Below are positions 58,511 through 64,000 of a DNA stretch of 64,000 nucleotides, one piece after another. The translations under genes were made by a program, and so were the position numbers. Under the pieces are notes generated by a model. That model was given only the letters and a program-made list of their open reading frames with translations, ran no database searches and was not told the origin of the DNA. Each line of letters starts with the position of its first letter. Within the stretch, counting starts at the first letter, position 1. The stretch is from contig CAWFWC010000012.1 in NCBI GenBank assembly GCA_963819465.1, positions 21,319-85,318 of the forward strand, written 5' to 3'. The DNA comes from an uncultured Alphaproteobacteria bacterium (GTDB taxonomy: Bacteria > Pseudomonadota > Alphaproteobacteria > Rhizobiales > Xanthobacteraceae).

Positions 58511-59333
58511 AACATCAGGCCACGCTAGCCGAGGCGCAGGCCGATATCTCCCAGGATGCGCTGCGCCGCTTCGACGATATTTTTCGGCGCGGCGCCGGCC
58601 TGTTCTCGATCCTCGTCGTGCTGGTGGCCTGGGAGTATTTCGCGCGCAGCGGCAGGGTGACGCCGTTCATGCTGCCCGCCTTCTCGGTCGTCGCGCAGCG
58701 CATCTATACCGACGCGGTGCACGGCGATCTTTGGCTCAACCTCGGGCTGACCATGTACCGCGCATTGACCGGCTTCGCGATCGCCGCGATCGGCGGCGTG
58801 GTGCTCGGCGCCGCGATGTCGCGCAGCAAGATTTGCGCTGGTTCTTCGATCCGTTGATCTCGGTCGGCTTTCCGATGCCGAAGATCGCGTTCCTGCCGAT
58901 CATCATTCTGTGGCTCGGCCTGTACGACGTCTCGAAAATCTCGATGGTGGTGTTCGACGCCATTTTCCCGGTGGTGACCGCGACGCTCGCCGGCATCGCC
59001 AGTGTCGACAAGGAACTGATCTGGTCGGGACGCAATATGGGCGCCAGCGAGCGCGAGATGATGTGGCAGATCATTCTGCCGGCGGCGCTGCCACAGATCA
59101 TGACCGGCCTGCAGGTGGCGCTGCCGATCGCGCTCATTGTCGCGATCATCGCCGAGATGGCCATGGGCGGATATGGTCTCGGCGGCGCCATGATGACGGC
59201 GTCACGCTACGCCAATTCGCCGGGCGTGTTCGCCGGCATCGTCGAGATCGCCGTGGTCGGGTATATCCTGATCAAGGTCATGGCAGTGATCCGCCGACGG
59301 CTTTTGGTCTGGCACGCCGAGGCAAGCCGCTAA
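58498..59333 (+). pseudogene. Second ABC transporter permease (NitT/TauT family), one frameshift in a T-run
   Basis: The N-terminal 110 aa (...LTMYRALTGFAIAAIGGVVLGAAMSRSKI) lie in the frame of ORF 58498. The continuation, LRWFFDPLISVGFPMPKIAFLPIIILW...SGRNMGASEREMMWQIILPAALPQIMTG..., lies in the frame of ORF 58731. The junction is at aagatttgcgc (58828-58838). Restoring one T would give K-I-L-R-W. Confidence 0.7.
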
Positions 59334-59351
59334 GCAATTCTGCCTGCCCAA

Positions 59352-60710
59352 TTAGTGCAGCTTGATCCGCGGCTCGGTGCGCTTGGTGATGGCGTGGACC
59401 AGCGAATCCAGCACCACTTTGAAACTGCCATGCAGCGCCCGCAAGTGCCGTTTGTGCAGCGCCTTATAGGTCCAGCGCGCGATCAGGCCCTGCAGCTTCA
59501 CGTTCTTGAACACGATGCCGAGCGTGTTGTAGTCGGCGAGCGAGATCAGCGAGCCTCGATCGCGATAGACGAAATTTTTCAGCGGCGCGCCGCGCAACCG
59601 CTTCTTGATAGCCGCGACCATGAAGCCTGATTGCTGATGCGCCACCTGCGCGGTCGGCGGCAGCGGCTCGGGCATGCCCGGCAGCACACAATGCGCGCAG
59701 TCGCCCATAGCGAAAATGTCGTCGTCTTTGGTGGTCTGCAAGGTCGGCCGCACCACGAGACGATTGATCTTGTCAGTTTCGAGCCCATCGAGGTCGCGCA
59801 GATAATCCGGTGCCTTGATGCCGGCGGCCCAGACGATCAATTCCGCTGGTACGATCTCGCCGCCGTCGAGCACCACCTCGCCGGCGCGCAGCTCCATGAC
59901 GCGCCGCCCGGTGCGGATATTGACGCCCAGTCCGCGCAGCACCTCCGCCGTTGCCGCGGCGAGACTTTCCGGCAAAGCCGGCAGGATGCGCGGCGCCGCC
60001 TCGATCAGCTCGATCTTGATATGCATGTCGAAGTCGATGCGGTCGAGATTGTAGGACACCAGATCGCGCATCGTCTTGTGGAGTTCCGCGGCCAGTTCGA
60101 CGCCGGTCGCGCCGGCGCCGATGATCGCGCAATGCAATTGTCCGGGCTTGAGGGGCTCATTTCGCTCGTTCGCCCGCAGGCAGGCATTGATCATGCGGCG
60201 GTTGAACCGCGCCGCCTGATCGAGCGTATCGAGTGTGATGGCGTAGTCCTTGACGCCTGGCGTGCCGAAGTCATTGGACATACTGCCGACAGCGACGACG
60301 AGCGTGTCATAACCGAGCACGCGCGGCGGAATGATCGTCGCGCCGTCCTCGTCGACGCTCGGTGCGACATGCACTTGCCGCTTCGCCCGGTCGAGCCCGA
60401 CCATAGCGCCGTTGCGATAGCAATAGTGCCGGTATCGCGCATGCGCGAGCAGTTCCAGCGAGTCCGTTTCGCTGTCGAGCGAGCCGGAGGCGACTTCGTG
60501 CAGCAGCGGCTTCCAGACATGGATGCGCGTCTTTTCAAGAAGCGTGATCGAAGCCTTGTGACGACGGCCGAGTTTGGCGCCCAGCAGCGACGCAAGCCGC
60601 AATCCGCCGGCGCCGCCGCCCACGATCAGGACACGATGCAGCGACGGATCGTCGCTCGACGGTATCTCGGCGAGACCGTCAAAAGACGGATTTGGTATCG
60701 CCCCCGACAT
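59352..60710 (-). CDS. ndh: Type II NADH dehydrogenase-like FAD/NAD(P)-dependent oxidoreductase
   Basis: Two dinucleotide folds are present: RVLIVGGGAGGLRLA and CAIIGAGATGVELAAEL. The ORF is open to 60908, and I chose the start at MSGAIPN (60710). Confidence 0.8.
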   Translation of the reverse strand: MSGAIPNPSFDGLAEIPSSDDPSLHRVLIVGGGAGGLRLASLLGAKLGRRHKASITLLEKTRIHVWKPLLHEVASGSLDSETDSLELLAHARYRHYCYRNGAMVGLDRAKRQVHVAPSVDEDGATIIPPRVLGYDTLVVAVGSMSNDFGTPGVKDYAITLDTLDQAARFNRRMINACLRANERNEPLKPGQLHCAIIGAGATGVELAAELHKTMRDLVSYNLDRIDFDMHIKIELIEAAPRILPALPESLAAATAEVLRGLGVNIRTGRRVMELRAGEVVLDGGEIVPAELIVWAAGIKAPDYLRDLDGLETDKINRLVVRPTLQTTKDDDIFAMGDCAHCVLPGMPEPLPPTAQVAHQQSGFMVAAIKKRLRGAPLKNFVYRDRGSLISLADYNTLGIVFKNVKLQGLIARWTYKALHKRHLRALHGSFKVVLDSLVHAITKRTEPRIKLH

Positions 60711-60952
60711 GTTCGCTCCGTGCCGAACAGACTGCGCGCACTTGTGGCAGAGCGCAGTTTCTGCTTCCGGATCGTAGACCGCAACGGCCCTCATCTGATC
60801 GCTCGACAGCGCCAATAGCGGCGCCGACCGGCAGCCGGGCGACACATTAAGCCTGCGGCAAGCGGCGGCTTGCGCCGCAACGGGATTTCCGCCCACTATC
60901 CCGCCCAATAGCCGCTTTCAGATGAAAAAACGCGGCGTATCGGGGGGAACAG

Positions 60953-61951
60953 ATGCGTGCAAAAATCATACTGGGAAGTGTTTCGGCCTTGCTGTTCAGC
61001 ATCGGTCTTGCGCATGCGGACCCGCTGAAAATTCGCGGTGCCTGGGTCGCGCCGCTGGCCAACTGGGCTTCGGTCTGGGTGCAGAAGAAGGACCTCGCCG
61101 TCCATTTCGGCAAATCCTACGTATTCGAGCCCGTGCACTACGCCGGTACGCCGCCGATGATCACGGCGATCGCCAATAACGAGCTCGAGATCGGCAATCT
61201 CGCCTTCTCCACTCTGCCGATCGCCATCGGCAATGCCGGCTTGGACGACATCCGGGTGATCTCGGACGATTTCCAGGACGGCGTCGATGGTTATTACAGC
61301 AACGAATACGATGTGCTCAAAGACGGTCCGGTCAAGAAGATCGAGGATCTCAAGGGCAAAGTCGTCGCCACCAATGTCGCCGGCTCTGGCGTCGATGTCG
61401 CCATGCGCGCCATGCTGCGCAAGCACGGGCTTGAGGCCAACCGCGACTATACCGTCGTCGAGGCGCCGTTCCCCGCGATGCGCGCCATGCTCGCGGAAAA
61501 GAAGGTCGACCTGATCCCGGCGGTGCTGCCGTTCGTGCTCGATCCCGAACTGAAGAAGATCGCCACCAAACTGTTCGACATGCGCGATGCGATCGGCGTG
61601 TCGCAATTCGTCATGTGGTCGGCGCGCAAGCCTTTCATCGACGCGCACCGCGCGGCGCTGGTGGATTTCCTCGAAGATTCGCTGCGGATCACGCACTGGT
61701 ATCTTGATCCGAAGAACCACGACGCGGCGGCCGAAATCGCTTCGCAGCTGACCAAACAACAGGCCGACCGTTTCGGCTGGATCTACACCAAGAACGACTA
61801 TTATCGCGATCCCAACATGGTGCCGGACCTGCCCGCGCTGCAGAAGAACGTCGACATGACCAAGGCGCTCGGCTTCGTCAACAACAGCGTCGACATCAAG
61901 GCGCATTCCGATCTGAGCATGGTCGAGGAAGCGGCGAAGCGCTTGAAATAA
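60953..61951 (+). CDS. ABC transporter substrate-binding protein (NMT1/THI5-like, NitT/TauT family)
   Basis: The Sec signal is MRAKIILGSVSALLFSIGLAHA. The mature region has a periplasmic binding fold. It is probably the partner of the ABC genes at 56961-59333. Confidence 0.8.
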   Translation: MRAKIILGSVSALLFSIGLAHADPLKIRGAWVAPLANWASVWVQKKDLAVHFGKSYVFEPVHYAGTPPMITAIANNELEIGNLAFSTLPIAIGNAGLDDIRVISDDFQDGVDGYYSNEYDVLKDGPVKKIEDLKGKVVATNVAGSGVDVAMRAMLRKHGLEANRDYTVVEAPFPAMRAMLAEKKVDLIPAVLPFVLDPELKKIATKLFDMRDAIGVSQFVMWSARKPFIDAHRAALVDFLEDSLRITHWYLDPKNHDAAAEIASQLTKQQADRFGWIYTKNDYYRDPNMVPDLPALQKNVDMTKALGFVNNSVDIKAHSDLSMVEEAAKRLK

Positions 61952-61960
61952 CGCAAAGCA

Positions 61961-61988
61961 AAACGGGCGCCTCCGACGGCGCCCGTTT
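61961..61988. terminator. Bidirectional intrinsic terminator between SBP gene and hss
   Basis: The hairpin is aaacgggcgcc tccgac ggcgcccgttt (11-bp stem). On the minus strand it is followed by tgctttgcg after the T-tract. Confidence 0.7.
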
Positions 61989-62014
61989 CAACCGGTCTCA
62001 AGCGATTCTTCCCG

Positions 62015-63445
62015 TCAGCTCACCAGCACATTGGTGAACTGCCACGGATCGCGCTTGTCGATGTCTTCCTTGAACAGACCCGGGCGATTGGCGAGCGGTG
62101 TCCAGTCGGTATAGGTGCCGATCACCGGCCCCAGATAAGGCATCTGCACTTCGAGGCAACGGCGGAAGTCCATCTCGTCGGCTTCGACAATGCCCGCGTT
62201 CGGATTTTCCAACGCCCAGACCATGCCGGCGAGCACGGCCGAGGTGACCTGCAGGCCGGTCGCGTTCTGATACGGCGCGATCGAGCGGGTCTCCTCGATC
62301 GAGAGCTGCGAGCCGTACCAATAGGCATTCTTCTTGTGGCCGTAGACCAGCACGCCAAGCTCGTCGATGCCGTCCTCGATCTCATACTCGTCAAGGATGT
62401 GGATCGCCGGCTGCCGTTCGCCGGCCTGGCCGAACAGTTCATGCAGCGACAGCACCGCGTCATTGCACGGGTGATAGGCGTAATGGCAGGTCGGCCGGTA
62501 CAAAACCTTGTGCCCCTGACGCAGCGTGAAGTAGTCGGCGATCGAGATCAACTCGTTGTGCGTGACCAGGAAGCCGTATTGCGCCTTCGCGGTCGGCGTC
62601 CATGAGCGCACGCGGGTATTGGCGCCGGGCTGCGTCATATAGATTGCCGCCTGACAGCCGGTTTTGTGCTTGTAACCGTTCTTCGGCAGCTTCTTCTCGT
62701 GCGTGCCCCAGCCGAGCTCGGCCGGCTGCATGCCTTCCGAGAGGAAGCCCTCGACCGACCAGGTGTTGACGAAAACCTCGATCGGCTTCGGCTTCTTGGC
62801 GCGCTGGGTGTCGCGCTCGGCGATGTGAATACCTTTGACGCCGAGCTTTTTGGCGAGCTTGCCCCACTCCTCGCGCGTCTTCGGCTCCTTGATCTTCAGG
62901 TTGAGGTCGCTTGCGATGTTGAGGAGCGCCTGCTTGACGAACCAGGACACCATGCCGGGATTGGCGCCGCAGCACGACACCGCCGTGGTGCCGCCCGGCG
63001 TCTTGCGCCGCGCCTCGAGCACGACCTCGCGCAACGCGTAATTCGAGCGCTTCTCCGGACCGAGCTTGGAATCGAAATAAAAGCCCGGCCACGGCTCGGC
63101 AACGGTGTCGACATAGAGGGCACCGATCTCGCGGCAGAACTGCATGATGTCGACCGAGGACGTGTCGACCGACAGGTTTACGCAAAAACCCTGGCCGCCG
63201 CCTTCGGTTAAAAGCGGGCCGAGCAGCTTGCGGTAGTTCTCGCGCGTGACCGACTGGTGGATGAACCGGATGCCGCGCTCGTCAAGGAGCTTGCGGTCTT
63301 TGTCCTCCGGATCGATGACCACAACACGCGATTTGTCATATTCGAAATGCCGTTCGATCAGAGGCAGCGTGCCTTTGCCGATCGAGCCAAAGCCGACCAT
63401 CACAATGGGGCCGGTGATACGTCCGTGAACAGGCCATGCGGTCAT
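62015..63445 (-). CDS. hss: Homospermidine synthase
   Basis: This is a 476-aa ORF. The sequence IVMVGFGSIGKGTLPLIERH...CGANPGMVSWFVKQAL...WSVEGFLSEG...VTHNELISIADYF matches bacterial Hss. Confidence 0.92.
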   Translation of the reverse strand: MTAWPVHGRITGPIVMVGFGSIGKGTLPLIERHFEYDKSRVVVIDPEDKDRKLLDERGIRFIHQSVTRENYRKLLGPLLTEGGGQGFCVNLSVDTSSVDIMQFCREIGALYVDTVAEPWPGFYFDSKLGPEKRSNYALREVVLEARRKTPGGTTAVSCCGANPGMVSWFVKQALLNIASDLNLKIKEPKTREEWGKLAKKLGVKGIHIAERDTQRAKKPKPIEVFVNTWSVEGFLSEGMQPAELGWGTHEKKLPKNGYKHKTGCQAAIYMTQPGANTRVRSWTPTAKAQYGFLVTHNELISIADYFTLRQGHKVLYRPTCHYAYHPCNDAVLSLHELFGQAGERQPAIHILDEYEIEDGIDELGVLVYGHKKNAYWYGSQLSIEETRSIAPYQNATGLQVTSAVLAGMVWALENPNAGIVEADEMDFRRCLEVQMPYLGPVIGTYTDWTPLANRPGLFKEDIDKRDPWQFTNVLVS

Positions 63446-63548
63446 TATTGTCGCTCCGAAGCGAATGGATTGAATGGATGAGGGATGGCTTCAGACCCCG
63501 GTTGCCGGGAGGACGGGACTGGGGTCTGAATATTTTCCGGATCGAGCT

Positions 63549-64000
63549 TTAGGCGGCGCGTTGTACAACAGCGTGACGGGTGCCGCCACTTTTGCTGCCG
63601 GTTGCCGCGATCAGCGCGTTGAGGTCCGGCTTGGGGGCAAGCTGGCCGGTAGCGGCGATCATGCCGCGGGCGCCGGACAGCGCTGCCGGCTTGAGTTCCA
63701 GCCCAAGGAGCCGGTCGCGTTCGAAGCTGCCCGGCATCCAGAGGCTGCCGGTCTGTGTCGCGCTGAAGCCGAAACGCCCGTAATACGGAGCGTCGCCGAC
63801 CAGAAGCACGGCACCGTGGCCGGCGAGCCGAGCACGCGCAATGGCGCGGCGCACCAGCGTCATGCCGATGCCGCGGTTGCGGCAATCGGGATGCACCGCG
63901 AGCGGGCCGAGCAGCAGCGCGGCGCAGCCGGGACCGGCTGTGACATGCCACAGCCGGATTGTGCCGACGATGCGGCCGCGCTCGACGGCAACCAGCGCCA
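63549..64000 (-). CDS. GNAT family N-acetyltransferase (5' end beyond window)
   Basis: The frame is open to the window edge (...ALVAVERGRIVGTIRLWHVTAGPGCAALLLGPLAVHPDCRNRGIGMTLVRRAI...). Motif A is RNRGIG. Confidence 0.75.
   Translation of the reverse strand, partial: ALVAVERGRIVGTIRLWHVTAGPGCAALLLGPLAVHPDCRNRGIGMTLVRRAIARARLAGHGAVLLVGDAPYYGRFGFSATQTGSLWMPGSFERDRLLGLELKPAALSGARGMIAATGQLAPKPDLNALIAATGSKSGGTRHAVVQRAA

Noticed and set aside
1-64000. I looked for CRISPR arrays, tandem repeats, IS elements, prophage and rRNA genes.
   Set aside because: Reading both strands, I saw no regularly spaced direct repeats and no transposase, integrase or capsid-like ORFs. The only repeats are the short REP-like palindromes reported above.

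Overview
This window is a high-GC alphaproteobacterial chromosome segment. Several hallmarks point to Rhizobiales: a class I lysyl-tRNA synthetase, homospermidine synthase, phaR-phaA-phaB, several Bug/TctC binding proteins, and an L21 with a K/P/A-rich tail. I call about 57 protein genes and one tRNA-Gly(CCC). I saw no rRNA, CRISPR array, transposase, integrase or phage genes.

Most of the content is core metabolism and transport:
- Housekeeping genes: rplU-rpmA, rpmF, queD-queE, maeB, mtgA, pyrD, lysK, gloB.
- Metabolic loci: a split ComDE-like TPP decarboxylase, an XDH-family FAD/Mo/FeS operon, a fused indolepyruvate:ferredoxin oxidoreductase, hss, and a catabolic cluster (TPP enzyme, Bug, SDR-like, DapA-like, BisC-like Mo enzyme, VOC dioxygenase).
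- Transport, sensing and respiration: an ABC-2 exporter, a NitT/TauT-type ABC system, an SSF symporter, two MCPs, and ndh.

Things worth a second look:
1. A visibly lower-GC, tightly packed two-gene orphan cassette lies at 30.1-31.5 kb. Its second gene has a Shine-Dalgarno site, an ATG and a perfect twin-arginine motif (MRRSFLK). That frame stops after 54 codons, and the protein-like sequence continues in another frame.
2. The window carries a high load of frame disruptions, about 8 indels in 6 of roughly 57 genes. Four of them cluster in two adjacent exported-protein genes at 1.85-3.75 kb.
3. A GGDEF-EAL protein has both catalytic motifs degenerate while an RxxD I-site is kept.
4. A three-part flavoprotein (cNMP-binding, glutaredoxin-like, TrxR-like) has no CxxC motif.
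5. A REP-like palindromic element family sits at gene 3' ends.

I cannot demonstrate a genuinely new system from sequence alone. The orphan cassette is the best candidate. All family calls rest on motif recognition by eye, and no database searches were run.
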